Under the pieces are notes generated by a model that was not told the DNA's origin, ran no database searches, and saw only the letters and a program-made list of their open reading frames with translations. From positions 8,556,001-8,620,000 of the forward strand of contig OZ281494.1 in assembly GCA_965637545.1 (NCBI GenBank): 64,000 nt of DNA, written 5' to 3'. Position numbers and translations under genes: made by a program. The DNA is from Phallusia mammillata (lineage: Eukaryota). This document shows positions 1-15,300 of this stretch, in pieces (the stretch's first letter is position 1; the number at the start of each line of letters is the position of its first letter).

Positions 1-320
1 TGTTGCTTTTATTACTAAAAAAACGAGTTGTCTTTTTAAATACCGAATATGTGATATGCATTTCAAAATTATGTTACTTTTGTTACATAAGCAACATACA
101 GACATTTAATTTTAAAGCAATCCAAAAAACCTGTCTTTTGTATCTGCTTTAAATGATGAAACGCGGTTCTGCAATAATAGAAAACAAATGTCGGTCCAAT
201 TTGCCACAAAAATATTTATTTACCCAGTGTACAACAAAAATATTTTCGTAAACACTGCATATGGTTATCAGTTTAAACTTTATATGGCCTGATATGACCA
301 TATTGAAACTGTGTACGCAG

Positions 321-3300
321 GACGATGCCGTGGAGGGTGGCAATCTCTGCCCGAGACAGCATTACTGCAACTGTACGGACGGTTGTGCTGTAGCTGAACC
401 ATGCTTCACTGGAATGTACACTAATGAAACCGGACAGGCCGAGGTAGGCAAAAAGACCTGTCGATTTATGGCTTATTATTTCTTTGTTCAGTCCTAAGTG
501 ATCTTGGTTCTCGTTTTTTCAAAGAAACGACTTTTTATGGCTTCTTTTATATGTAAAAAAAAATATTTGAGCGAAAAAAACGCCTTGTGGTGCGAGATTT
601 TGGTAAATTATTATTTTTTCTGTTCATTGGCACATTGTATTTCACTTAAAACAACGTCTTAAATCTATGCAAATTTGTAACTATTTTGTAAAGTTTATTG
701 ATAATAGTGCATTTACTTCTCTTTTTTATTCCCTTTTTTAAATGATTTCTATTTGATGTAGTGTTTCAACAAGATTAAAAACATTGGATTTTTTGTACAA
801 TGCAAAATAATATTGCAGAAAGCAGGGGGAAAATGGTTGTCAACGTACAACATTTTGTGCGATTTTTTACACTTTATGAACACTTTCAAAGATTTTTGTC
901 GATCCCCGCTATAATCGGTTTCGATCGTTGCAAATGGCAACATTTTTTCAAATACCAAGCCCAACCCAAAAGAACAGCATAACCATCTTTAATCTTTTTC
1001 AGTGCATAAACTGTAGGGCGGGGTACTTCTGTCGGAGCGGAGAGGAGCCGAAACTTTGCAGTGAAGGTCATTACTGCACAGGAAGCAGTGGCACAGGTGC
1101 AATTGAAGATCGGACTTTGGAAGACGTCGAAAAAGCGTGTCCAGCTGGGACCTACTCTAACCGGACAGGACTTAGCAGTCCTATCGAGTGCACGACTTGT
1201 GACCCAGGGATGTACTGCCTTGCTGGTCAGAAGGAACCAAACGGTACAAATAAATTATATGTACTTGTATGTAGTGGAGGGATTAAAAAATTTTTGTCAG
1301 CCGGTTCTATTACAAAAGTCATAGTTTTCAGCCGGTTCTGTTACAAAACGTGGCAGTAACCAGTAATGCTAACCGGTTCGCCGATCTCTCAAAATTTCGT
1401 GGGACTGTTCTCTAGAACCGGTGCGAACCAGTGCGAACTGGCTGATTCCCACCACTGCTTGTATGTAGTGATGGAAAAATAACTTGGTTTGTGGCTTTCC
1501 GGAGCGTTTGGCAAAAAGTGTTGTACTGTACTAGGAAATTCTACTAACGTAAGATTTTAAATCACAAAATTGTTCCAATTACTGATGGCGCAAAGGGCAT
1601 TGGTGAAAATTTAGAAGCAAAATCGTGTGAAAATGCCGACGTGTAAAGGCTGTTTGGGCTGGGGTATAAAAATACCAACAGAACTAACTTCAAAACTTAG
1701 TTACTAACGTTTAATTGTTTTCCTGTTTTTATGTTAATAGCTTTACCGTCCTTCAATTGGTAAAAGCATCACGGTGCCATGGAAGACGCCAGTGCGGACA
1801 AAATGTTTTAAATCTTAAAAAATGTTTAGTTATCTGCTATTTTTTAGGCACAGTTCAAAGTGTAAAGTTGGAATTGTTTGCTTCACAGATGTCATCCACA
1901 TTTTATCTTATCTGATCTCACACAAATTCTGTTTTATCTCAGGCAATATTTCCGCAACCTATTATTCCGAGGGAGCAGCCACCACGCCGACCCCCGTAAC
2001 AGGGAGCTGCAACGATCCAGTAGATCCTTTGAACGCAACCGCCACACCAAGGTCTTACGAATGTGGACGTTGCCCGAGAGGTTATTACTGCGCCGATGGC
2101 AACAAAAAAACTTGCCCCAAAGGAACTTACGGACCGGATGTTCCTATTCAATATCAGACAGCTTGCGTTGACTGTGACCCTGGTTTTTACTGTGACCAAC
2201 CTGCATTGCCTGGCGTACAAGGGCCTTGCGACGAGGGGCATTTTTGCAACGGTGGTTCAGAGGTGTCCAATCCAGACGGCTCCAACGGCTGGGGTGGCGA
2301 ATGCACTCCCGGTAACTTTTGCCCTCAGGGATCGTCCGTCGAACAGCCCTGTGAAGCAGGCAGCTTTGCCAATGTGTCCCGCAAGGCATTATGTGACCCG
2401 TGTCCAGCGGGCTTCTACTGCGAGGAAGGTGCCGTACGACCAACTGAATGCCCAGAAGGCGGTTACTGTCCCGATAATACCAGCGATTTGACGATTAAAC
2501 TCTGTCCCAAAGGAAAGTATAATAACATCACTGGTGCGAAAACGGACGCGAACTGCTTGGATTGTCCGCTGGGTAAGTTTGAGTTACATCTTACATGCAA
2601 AAAAACACAGGTTTGTTTTGTAGAAGATAAAATGCCTCGTCAAGGGGGTTTGTCTAAAATAATACTTTAAAGTTTAAACGTTTTAACTTTTAACATGGGG
2701 GCGAGAATTTGCTAAACGATTTCACTACTTTGGTCTGTTTGTTTGCCTTGATTTATCGAACTTTAGTTTGTTTTCAACTGTTAGCCCTTTCTATTTTATA
2801 AGATTGTCTGATTTTTACTGAACTGATTTTAACCTGGAATTATATATTTTCCAACTTGTGATATTAGTTTGCTTTAGAGTTGATTTAAAAAACATACGCA
2901 TTATAATTAAACTTAGAACCAGCCCGTTTTAGATTTTACATTTTTTTTACAAATCTCTCATAATTGCGACTCATTATTCACAACTATTCAAATTATTTAG
3001 GTTGGTACTGTGAAACAGCTGGTCTTCCATCTCCAACTGACTTGTGCGACCCTGGCTACTACTGCAGCGGTGGTTCCCCGGCTAAGCGACCCGCTAGTGG
3101 CGCGTCATACGGTGGTCAGTGCGTGAAGGGTCAGTTCTGTCCAGCGGGAGCGTCCGCCCCCCAACAGTGCTCACCTGGGACTTGCTGTGACCAGGACAGA
3201 CTCGGAGAGCCGAATAAAAATTGTAGTATTGGATTTTACTGTGCTGGTGGGGCCACAACATGTGAACCGACTGGCTCGGATAGTACAGGTGCGTTATGAA

Positions 3301-6300
3301 GTGTTTTTGTCTTAGTTGGCGTTATACTGTAACGTAGAGGTTTGGTTAAGTCTTGTGGGGTTGGCTGAGGTCATGTGTTTGGATAAGAGGGTAGCAAAAC
3401 GGCAAATTAAACTGATATATTTCCATGAAAAATGACCTCGCTTTGTTTTTTGAAAATCACAAAAAACGTTGATCTGTATTTTTTTTTCTTTCACTATTTC
3501 ATTTCAGTTTCCAAATATGAAAGCACACTTATAACTGGGATCATCTCTCTCAAAAAAGCATAGCACGCCAGTCGGCAGGCCAACTGAAGGCGTTATACCA
3601 TATCAAGCGCCCTAAGGGGCTCGATCCCAAAAGGATCCAGAGTGGGTTCGAATCCCGTCGCAGGCTTACCATACAGAAAATACTTAGGAGACCTGATTGA
3701 TTCTCTATAACATTTTCAATAGTCTTGGTGTCTCTAGGCAAAAAATAGCCCTTGTAAACATACCAACCGGCTTTATTATTTGCGCTTATTTGTTTACCTA
3801 TATTCCACCTTCCGTCACAGGTGGACCTTGTCAGCCGGGTTTTTACTGCCCTGAAGGATCACAGCTAGGAGAACGATGCCCCTCTGGTACTTATGTGAGT
3901 TCCGAGGGCAGTGAGAGCGAAGGCAACTGCTCGCTGTGTGATGCCGGAAAATACTGCAACGGCACTGGACTCTCTGGACCCACAGATGACTGTGACCCGG
4001 GCTATTATTGTCCAGTGGCACAAAGAGACAGACCTGACCCATCTGGTTACGAGTGTCCACAAGGTAAGTTTGGGGTTAAAACGTTCTTTAATTGGTAGCT
4101 GGTGTTTCTAAAGTCAAAGTAATCGTACTAATTTAAATAGCAAAAAAACTTGGTGAACATTAGTCAGTATTTTGCATACAAACGTAAACCCCAAAACTAG
4201 GTGCAAAATTCAGAAGAGGCCTTTAGATGCTTTGTGAATTATCTGTACTTCAACGAAAGCTAACTTAAGAAGTTTTATTTTTATGCTTTTGCATTATGTG
4301 TATTGTAAACCTTACTGGAAATAGTCCTACTTTCATCGTTAAAAATTCACAATGCTTAAAATATCTATTGGTCTGCGATATATTGCACTTACTTTTCACA
4401 AACAATAATCTTTTTAGGTCATTTCTGTGTGGGAGGCAGCAAAACTTTTACTCCGTGCGGCAGCGGATCTTACCAAGACCTTGAAGGTCAAAGTTCATGC
4501 AAAGGTTGCCCACCCGGGTTTTACTGTGACGCGTCATCGGGGCCTGTCATCAGTTACAACGATACTGAGTGTGATAAAGGTATTTTTAGTTTGTGCAAAA
4601 AGTGCGTTTACCCTACAGTGGGGATGTGCCAAAACTCCAAAGGTTCTGGTTGGTCGAGCACCAAGCATCTTACCTTAATGCTCGGTGCATTGTGACGTCA
4701 CAAACATTCTTAATTCAACGCTAGTTTTGTAGATTTCCAAGGTCCCTTACGTCACCAGCTGTGTTAATCTGTACAAACAGAAATACGCGTTATTCTTACG
4801 ATACCCTTTCAAACAATAGTTTCGTAAACATAAATACGCAAATTTAATGCTCTGGTCAGTTTGTGCCACTGCGCGGCCCAGCACCTAGCACCAAAAATAG
4901 CGATGCTCGGTACCGAGTACTCTGGTTCTGGAGCGCCAGGTGGAATAAATGGACGATTGGGGAACGCTGGAATAAATCTTAACGGTCTGAAATATATACA
5001 TGACAAGAGAAATTCTGTGTTCGTCCAACATAACCAACTTCATAGGCGTTTTGAAATTGTTAGGCAGCGTTCAGAAAAACAAACAATCTGAGAAACACTG
5101 ATTTAGAACAAAAACGTTTAAAAACAGATTTTTGGAAACAAACTTTGGGAAACGCTGACACATTGACATTATACAGAAACACTGTGTTGTAAATACGTAA
5201 TACAATAATAATTAACTATTTCAAAGGACCGAATTTGTGTGTGGAAAACAACGAACACTTTGTCTTCGTGCAACCCGGTTTAAAAAGTCACGAATTTTTT
5301 AGGATACTTCTGCCCTGAAAACACGTCGTCCGCTCATGAAAACCCTTGTAAGGCTGGAACGTTCAACAACGTAACAGGTGCCAAGTCGGAAAGTGATTGC
5401 ATTGATTGTCTGCCCAAATATGCCTGTACCAGTCAAGCTGTTGTGTATCCCACTGAATTGTGTCTTGCTGGGTAAGTGGAAGATTTCAATACCTTTGCTG
5501 TGTAACTTATGCTTGTGAAATCCAAACTTGCATCGATCAAAATATAGGCTTTATGATCACGAAAGACTTAAATTTAGAAAAAAATGATAACCTGCAGCGA
5601 GTGTCCACTGTTTCGATCTATAAGGTCTTATTTAGTGCAGCTAGAGAAAGGCCGTATTGTCAGCCATATAGTTTGATGTTTAAAAGGTAAACATGTTGCT
5701 TTAAACTGTAAAAAAAGGAAAATATTTTGCTAATATCCAGCAGGATTCTCATCAATTGTGCCGAAAATTACGCAAATCAATAAAAACGCACTTACTGCTT
5801 TATGGACTTTAAACAATAGAAAACATTATAAATCAAAGTACGACAGACATGACGCTTTATAACTGATCCCAGTTATAAATTTATGTCCGTCTTAACTATA
5901 GTAAAAAATATTTTAAGGAATTCCGTTTTACCAGGTATTTCTGCAAGACACGGGCAACAAGCACTGCTCCCAGCGACGGCGAAAACGCCAATTCGTGTCC
6001 GAGAGGCTTCTATTGCCCTGAAGGAACTGCCAACCCTGAACCTTGTCCGCGGGGAACTTATTCAAACAGCTTGGAACTAACTAGTATTGACCAATGCCAG
6101 GGATGCACGGACGGTACGTTTTGTCGCATATTACACAAGCAGTACTATGCTGCTGCACGTGCATTTAAAATATAAAGTTAATTGTATAATTTTGCTTCAG
6201 TTGATTGACGTCATCAATTTGTGACGTCATCAACAGTTGTTAATGTGATCACGTTCTAGTATTAATCATAGAAGTGCTAAAGAAAGTGAGTTGCTAAAAG

Positions 6301-9300
6301 AAGCATTTTCACTTTGAAAGTTAACGGAACATTCCTATTTGGATATCTTGTATAGGACGTCGAAACGTCGATTGTTTACAATAAAACTGCTGGATGAGCA
6401 ATACTTGGTCATTCCTATTTGGGTCTAACAAAACGTGCTTACGGTACGAACGTAAAGTAACTTCTACGTCTGGGGTCCGCAACTGCTTTTGGGATTTAAC
6501 GTCTCAAGTCCTTAAGTACACAAAAACAAAATATTGCATCCCGTTTTTTTTCTGAGCAGGAATGTATTGTGGTGAGTTGAACTCGACTGCACCAACCGCG
6601 CCATGTATGGAAGGTTACTATTGCGAATTCAACGCAACCCAACCCAACGAGAATGAATGTCCACCTGGAAGTTACTGCGAAGCTGGCTCCCCAAGTCCAA
6701 AAAAATGTCCTGAAGGTGAAAATTTATTTCAATATTGCCTCATTCTCTTTTTCGAATTTCCATGCTAGTTATTTTTTTTGAATCTCTTGGTTGTAAACTG
6801 TTTTTAATTTTACTAATATGGGGGTTACATTCGGAAAAAAAGTAATATAGAAGAATTAATTTTGTGTTAACGATTGATTTGTGTGTAAAGTAACAACAAA
6901 CATAATTGACATTTGTTACATTAGCAAGTATTCTTGTTTCGACATGAAATGATGGGTTTTTGACAAATAGTGGATTGTGAACCTAATTTCCAACATCCCA
7001 ACAAAAAGATCCGCATTTGAAACGTTTACCTAAATAGTATTATCCTCTATACATTTTTACCCAAACCAGGAACCTACTCCAACGCCAGCCGCCGCACAAA
7101 CTCTTCGCAATGTCTAATATGTACTGGTGGCTCATACTGCGACGATGCTGGTCTCACTGAACCACGTGGCAACTGTACACCCGGTTATTACTGTCTGCCT
7201 GGTTCCACAGCTCCAACTTCCAACACAACGTACTGCAGAGCTGGAAACTATTGTCCAGGGTACACGGATAGCCAACTGCCCTGTCTAGACGGCACCTATG
7301 TAAGTTGGTTTAAAGTTAAGAGATTCAGTCTTTTTTTTAATATGTTTCAGCATTTTTTTAAAAGTATGTCAGATATTTAGGTAATGCAAAAATGATTTTT
7401 TCGAAGTTTTTTGTTTGAATAAAATAATCTTGTGAAATTAATGTATGATTTAGAGAAAACGCCATTTAGGTCGTATCACACAACTAAGGCGACAAATCCT
7501 TAGTTGAATTCGAATAAAAACGCAGCCTTTGTACCGGAAAAGAACAGTTGATTGTGTATCAAACTTTATTAACGCGAAATTTAGCCTATGGTGGGATTCG
7601 AACCCACGACAGGGGTCTTTCCGGGACTCGCGCTCTAACAACCGGGACGCTCAAATACACTTATATGATTGTAAAAAAAGTTGAAGCCGAAAAACAGTAA
7701 CATTTTTCAGTGGTATAGGACTCAATTTTCTATTTTGTATTTAGTCTGAACACGACTACGCTGCAGTTTGTCCGCCATGTCCGGAAGGTTTTGTCTGCAC
7801 AACTGGAGTTGGGAAAGAAGTTTGTGGAATGGGAAAATATTGCCCGGAAGGAAGCGGACCGGACGCTATGCTCTGCCCAAGAGGGACATTTAGTGACCAG
7901 ACTGGCCTGGCTAATGTGTCCCAGTGCCAGTCGTGTCCAGGTGGAAAATATTGCCAGGGCGAGGGCCGGACATCGCCAACAGGTACATACTTTATTGGCG
8001 CAATGTAGATGTTGTAACACTGATACTGGTCCAGATTGTTATGAATAACCTTTCATTCTCTGTCACCAGTCAAGTCGGGTTGTTTAACCGATTGTTTACT
8101 GGTGTATGACACTAGTTGCGTAATTTCATCTAGATTCTAATTTACCCGACTTAAGCATTGACTCAGATAGTTGGTTTCATAACTTTATTTAAGTACCTGA
8201 ATTTAGGTAAATTCCTAAGTCTGGTTTACCACTAAAATGAACTACATCGGTAGTTGTAAGCAGTTGATTTGAGTCAAGTATTTTGGGCATTGTGTCTAAC
8301 TCGAATCCTTTTTTTTTTGGAATAATACTATTATATCACTTAAAATCAAATTATCAATCGAGTATTTAATTCGAGTCACTCGAGTTTCGTTCCTTACATG
8401 ATTACTCGGCCAGCGTAAGATAATCCAAAAATCGAGTTCGAACATAATAAAAAATAACTCCCTGATGCACTGAACATAATTAATTACGATATTAAAGTTA
8501 ACTCGCATTAACTTTACAATATAGAGTTAAAGCACTCACATTAACTCGCAAATATTTATGTCATAGCGAGTTGCAGTGCTGGATTCTACTGTGTTTCTGG
8601 GGTCGACCGGCCAGAACCAGACGGCAACAATGTGACGAGCGACCCCTGGTGTTACAATAGCAGACAGACGGGCGATGGTGGTAGGTGTTCGATTGGTCAT
8701 TACTGTCCTGAGAACTCAACCTTCGAGGCACCTTGCTTGCCTGGCTTCTATGCCGATGTCGTGGGGAAACCTTCATGTGATGTCTGTGTTGAAGGTATGG
8801 TGTTAAATTTACTTGGTTTTTGGTGCAGCCAGTGTACGCTGTTTCGACCTATGGTATAATCAGTGCAATTCATATCGGCATTATGATTTAGCTTGATTTT
8901 AGGCTGTTCTGTTAGTGTATGTTGGTGGTATTGGCATTTTGCAGGTTATTGGTGTAAAGGTTCTATCGGGACGAAACCGTTTTAGGAATACAGTTCTAAA
9001 CAAAGATAGTTTCAATACCGTGTTGTTGCCTTGAAACGACAACATGGTCGCTTTTGCTCAGAATTGATCATTTTCCAATCCAGCTTTTTTCAGTAATAGT
9101 CTTTGCTTATTTGCCTTAAACTACCTAAATTTCAAGCTGTTCTTTATTTTACTCCAAACCTTAGTTAACTTCAAAATATTTTGTGCTTTGTTTTTCAACA
9201 AATTCAGCTTGCGGTTAAAAAACAAACTTACCAAATATTAAAAAACGTACGGGGAAAATGCCTAAATTAAAACCTGGCATTTTTAAGGTTACTACTGCGA

Positions 9301-12300
9301 GGGTGGGACGGGCAACTACACCGATTTCCCATGTCCAGCTGGTCACTACTGTCCAGCTGGCACCAAAGACAGATTCGAATATCAATGCGACGAAGGAACT
9401 TTCAACAACCGAACAGGAAAAACACAAAAGTCTGACTGCATAAGCTGCACAGGTAAAAGCTTGAACATTTTCTTGTGTTGTATGTCTCATTCTATAGTTG
9501 GTTGGTCAAAATTACAACTAAAAAATATTGTTTTATAAAGGGGGTCAAAACCTGTGGAAAGGTGATTAGTGATAATGTATACTTGACAAGTTAGTTGGCA
9601 TTTAGTTTCACTGTTAAAAACAATGTATTATCAAGTGTTGCTAATAAACGTGGACAACTGTACAAGAACAAAGCCTTCAAATTTTGGTTCGTTTGATCTT
9701 CAAATTTGTCTTTAAACCACCTTTTTTCACTGCACTGTGGCTGATTTTAAGCTGGTAAAGTTATGATATTCAACCCAAGGTTTTCTTTCTTTAACGCCAT
9801 GATAAACCCGACCACGTAAAAACGAGCGTAATATATTGCCTGATTAATCGTTCTGTAAGTAGGTCAAATGTCACTAGTTTAGTTGATTTTGCTAAACTAT
9901 AAATTTCCACAGGTGGATGGTACTGCGAAACCAAGGGCCTGAGCTTTCCAACTAACCCTTGCCCGGCAAGATATTACTGCCCCAGTGGAACGGTTAGCGG
10001 TACAAGCAACATTTGTCCTGTCGGCAACTTCTGTGAGGAAGGTTCAGAATACCCAACAAACTGCACTAGCGGGTGCGTGATATAACAGAAAATAAACGTA
10101 CCAGGGCTCTGACATTAGTTAATCTGTGACATGTATACACATAAACATATTGTGCTTGTAGCTTTGTAAATAGCGTACAACAAGACGTATAACTTTTCAG
10201 TGGTATCGCTTGGGCTCTGACGTATATGTGACGACACAATGGTGTAGGTGTGCTTCGATTGGTTACCAAATTTTCTGTTATTCAGGTTCTTTTGCGGCAC
10301 TCAAGGTCTTCAGACTGTGAGTGGTCCGTGTCAAGCAGGATGGTATTGTACACTGGGAGCAATTATTGCCAACCCTGAAGATGGAGTACAAGGTACAATG
10401 CAAACTGTATTTATAGTATCTTGCATAGATAGCCCATTGGGTTCTACTAGGTTGCTAACCTGTTGAAGTCAACATATATTTCCTGAGCGAATGGTATAGT
10501 TTGTTGTTTTATACTGCTAGCTGATAAAGTAAAAAAAAAATTTTTTGTTCGGCAAAATGGGAGTTTTTGTTTTTTCTTGTCCATCGAAAATTTTAAGGCC
10601 TTTTGTGTAGAGTGGTTCTTATCTGGGTTGAAATAATTAGTATTTAAAGTACAGAAATTCCATTGGGTTAATATATACCTTTTATTGGCGAACTAATAGG
10701 TCGAGTTTTAATTACATGATTCTTGTTCAAATAAACATAGACTGGATGTTAAAATGGCGGGCCAAAAAATAACAACAAATTTTGCAAAATTTGAGTTTTT
10801 TATCTGACCTAAAATAAATGTTTCAATGTTTACTAGGCGACAAATGTCCGGCCGGACAATATTGTCCAGAGCAGACCGGAACACCAAGGGATTGTCCAGC
10901 TGGTACATTCCTTCCAACCAGAGGAGGAACTGATGTGGGTGACTGTCTCGGATGCACTGCTGGAAAATATTGCGCAGGAGTAGGAAATTTTATTGAGACA
11001 GGTAAACAGCTTGATTTACTTGATATTTTGTGCTTTTTTTATACAACAGTATAATGAAAAAAAAGTTATTTTGTAAAATATTGTTTGCAAAATACTTCGC
11101 TGAAAATCGTTCTCAAGTTTGTGAAATACCTTTCGCAAAAGGCGTTTACAAATTTGTCATAACAGCGTATGCAATAAAAAATTAAAACATGTGGAAAAGG
11201 CGTTCAAAAAAACGTGTTTAATTTTTTTTGCCTCTTTTCCCAAAACAATCGTGCATGAAAAAGTAAGTATGTAATAATTGCAAAATGTTGTGGTTCAGGT
11301 GGTTGCCAGGAGGGCTATTACTGTGATGCAAATGCTACGAGAGCCGATTGGATTCAATGCTCCAAAGGCCACCTCTGTCCAGCCAATGCTTCTAGCGAGA
11401 CTCGGTGCGATTCTGGAACTTATCAAAACGAGCTTGGCCAGGGATCGTGCAAAGAGGTGAGATAGATAAATTTGCAAATATAAAGATCAACCACGTCCAT
11501 AGAACACATTATTGTCAAAGATTATTACTGCAGCTATTGACAAATATTTAGGGAACTTTCAGTATTTATAAAATAGTTCAGTTTTGATGTAGGCTAGTCG
11601 TTTTGCAATGATTTTCACTTGTACTGAGCTTATCCACGACCTCAAGTTGCTGTTCACTTAAAAAAGGTGGTTCATTAAGCTGCTTTCTGTAATCCCAACT
11701 TGTATTACGTCATAGTGCGAGGCGGGTTACTTCTGTGACAACACAATCGCACCAGTTGTGCTGTACAACGATTCAGCCTGTCAGCCAGGCCGGTTCTGTC
11801 CGAAAGGGACCAAGTTTTCCGACGAACATCTCTGTCCACTCGGCACTTTCAACAACGGCACACATGGCACTTCGTTAGCCAATTGCCTGCCTTGCACCGG
11901 TGGAATGTAAGTATATCCTTAATATTTCAATTGCTTGATTTGCATGGTGTAAGAGTTGCTCCAAATTTAACTGGTAATGACCTGATTATCTTTAAAAAGT
12001 GAAAAAACCATACAAATTCCCATAAAAACAGATTGGCGGAGATCTTGTAAGCAGTAATTGTCTGTTTATGGTTTTAAAACTCATAGGAATAAAGATACAA
12101 CAAATATATGTGTCTGAAGGTCTTAGGATTTGTGTTTTGGGATATACAGTTACTGACCACCACACACGATGTTTTTTACATGTATATTTTTCTAATTTGG
12201 AACATTTTTTACACAAATAATGACTTCTGTGGTGTGTTGAATAGGTACTGCGACCAGACAGGTATGCCAAGACCATTAAATGAGTGCGATCCAGGATTTT

Positions 12301-15300
12301 TCTGCAAATCTGGAGCCAACAGTTCAACACCAGTTGATGATGGCGATAGAGTGGGCGCCTGCACCAAAGGTAGGCTGAAAAATTGTTCAACCGCTCCGTT
12401 ATACCGTCTAATAGGACAGGGGTGCACAACCTGTAACCGCATGGTGGAAATGTATGCGGCTTTGAACATGTACATTTAAATATATGTTGTGACAGCCGAG
12501 AATTGTATAAACTATTAAATGGAATTATATAGTGTTGTTGCTAGTAGGGATGTGCCAAAATTGCAAATGTTCTGTTTGGTCGAGCACCGAGCATCTCACG
12601 TTAATGCTCGGTGCTCGGCCGAGCACGCTCGGTGCATTATGACGTCACAAACAATCCCCTTTCTACCTTTTAGCTCTACAAGGCCTCTTACGTCACCAGC
12701 GGTGTATTAAGCTGTTACAGGCCTCAGAAATACACGTTTTTCCACAATCTAATACATTTGAAAAATCATTTGTTTTTGTTCATAGACACCCTTTCGAACA
12801 CTAGTTACCTATGTTAGCAGGGCATGAATATGCAAATATAATGCTCGGGTCAGTTTGTGCAACTGCTCGGCCGAGCACCGAGCATCAAAAATAGCGATGC
12901 TCGGTACCGAGTACTCGGGTTCTGGCTCGGCTCGGCGCATCCCTAGTTGCTAGGCATAATTTTTAAACTGTCGTTTTGATCGTTTCGACGTATACCATTC
13001 GGGGCGTCTTTATCAGGGTAAATGGTATATTGTAAGATAAACCCTATTTATTTACTGTTGTGCTAAATCGGTATAACGCTTTTGATGGGTCTGGCGTACT
13101 ATGATTTGTTTTTTTACAACTGTGATTTATAATAAAAAAACATGGAGACACTTGGACATATAAGGACCTGTGATGCGACCATCAACAACATGAAGGTTGT
13201 GCACCCCTGTATAACGGCAACAACTAATGTTTCATAAAATATAACTTGTCTTGATAAAGATACTAGAAACTTGTCGCATGGTGATAAGTATAGCTAAATC
13301 GCTTACTGGACCATGTGCTTCTAATATTTTTACACAGGTTAATTTGTAATTCTTGATTTTCGTCTTTTAGGTCATTTCTGCCAGAGAGGAACAACCAACC
13401 CAGAGCCCTGCCCTCCTGGAACATTTAACTCGCTCTTTGGCGCCACCAACGAATCGTGGTGTGTCCCGTGTTCGATCGGAACTTTCTGCCCTGATTATGG
13501 GCGCGAAGTCGATGGTACAGCTTGTCAGACAGGTAATTAAGATGCTTAAAGAATGGTGAAACGATGCGATATTTGGGTTTGACGAAATACAGCCGTTTTT
13601 CTCACCTCCCACAAGGTAATGCAGAATTTTGGCTAGTTTTGCAAAAGTACGTATGGCAATTATCCGAAGGCAGTTTATGACATCACAGACGAGACAAAAA
13701 ACATCAGGATTAACAATTGTGGTTGTTTATTAATTAAGATTGAATAAAAATAATTGTTCAGCAATGAAGACCGTCCATCTAAAATTATATTTTGGTTTAA
13801 ATTTATTCACTAGCACTAACGGACATCAAATACGATTGCAGAAATACTTCAAGCTCCTAGGGGTCCCTGCAAACCTACAAAACGCATCCTGGACCGCATA
13901 CCCTAATAATCGCTGTTCTAAACCACAACACCATGTTAAACATTGCTTAGGCGTAACCGAAAGCTAGTCGAGACATACAGCTTGCTATACCTGTGGTCAG
14001 GCAAAAGGCTGTGAAATTAATGACTTCCAATGCCTCTATATACAGGGTATTACTGTCCGGAGGGATCCAGCAATCAGACGCAGAACCAGTGTCCGCAAGG
14101 ATACTACTGTCCCGGTGACGTTCCTCAACAACCATGTCCACCTGGAACGTGGAGTGACAAATTCGAATTGCACAACGAGTCAAGCTGCTTCCCATGCACA
14201 CGTATGTAACTAAATAAAGATTCAATTCAGCAGATGTCTGCATGAACTAAAAAAAGCTAAAATATTGTTTTTTATAGTAGTGTTTTTTATGCGTAGCGCC
14301 CTGCTTTTATAAAAGGTGGTGCGGTGTGCGGTTATTATATGATTCTAATTTTTTTAAACAGTATTTTCTATACTGACAACAATTAGGCGCCCAATGTTTT
14401 GAGTATTTCATACTTGGGGTGAAAAAGCTTTTAAAACTCTGGTTTTTAAGGATAAAACGCAGTGTAAATTAAACATTAATATCTTGGGCACTGAAAACGT
14501 ACTCCCGAACAGGCTGTGTGCAACTGATAGGGTTTAAACTTATTAACAATCGTACAGATGGTATTGGTATGTGTCAATTGAGATGTTTTTGCTACGATTG
14601 TATCATTTTACTGCTTTAAAGCCCGTTAATGGCGTCCTTTAAAACCTTGAATAGCAAAATGCTGAAGTAACCTTCTGAAATTTCTTTTTATAAGCTCTAG
14701 TTACAGCCAGCATTAGCATGCTAAAGATAACTAGATATTCTGTCGTGTTGTGTTGTTTTACCCTGATATTCTTTGTGCTATTATTCTTTTTACTATACTA
14801 TTCCATTGTTACATATATTTTCTGTATGTTTGTTTCTTTTTCAGAGGGATTTTACTGCAACGAGTCAGCACAAACGAGCGTCACACAGGAGTGTCTCGCC
14901 GGATACTATTGCCTTCCTGGTCAGAACAACACCTACGACAATATATGTGAAAGGGGACTGGTGTGTCCTACTGGTAGTGCAACCGCCCAACAGTGCGAGC
15001 CAGGAACATACACAAACAAAACCGGTATGTTGCTACGATTGAGTTGCACTTCGGTGTCGCGCAACCCTTTTTGATTTTTTTCTTTTTAAGGGCTAAATTA
15101 GTGGTCATATGTATGTTTTTGTTTCACAAACTTTAAACAGCTACTACATTTTAATGTTAAGCAACTGCGCCTTCACAATTTTCTAGTCTAGGTTCCAGTG
15201 ACAGCCATTTTTCTGATAATGGTTAATTTGTCGTTTGTCAAATTGTTGTATACACAGTATTTTAAAAACAAAAAGTCAAGAATTATTGTCAACTTTTTCA

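Noticed and set aside
4809-5091. Short intronic ORFs with recurring peptides (EPEYSV, VEHRAS) here and at 12519, 22195 and 34440
   Set aside because: They are translations of the non-coding MITE family A copies.
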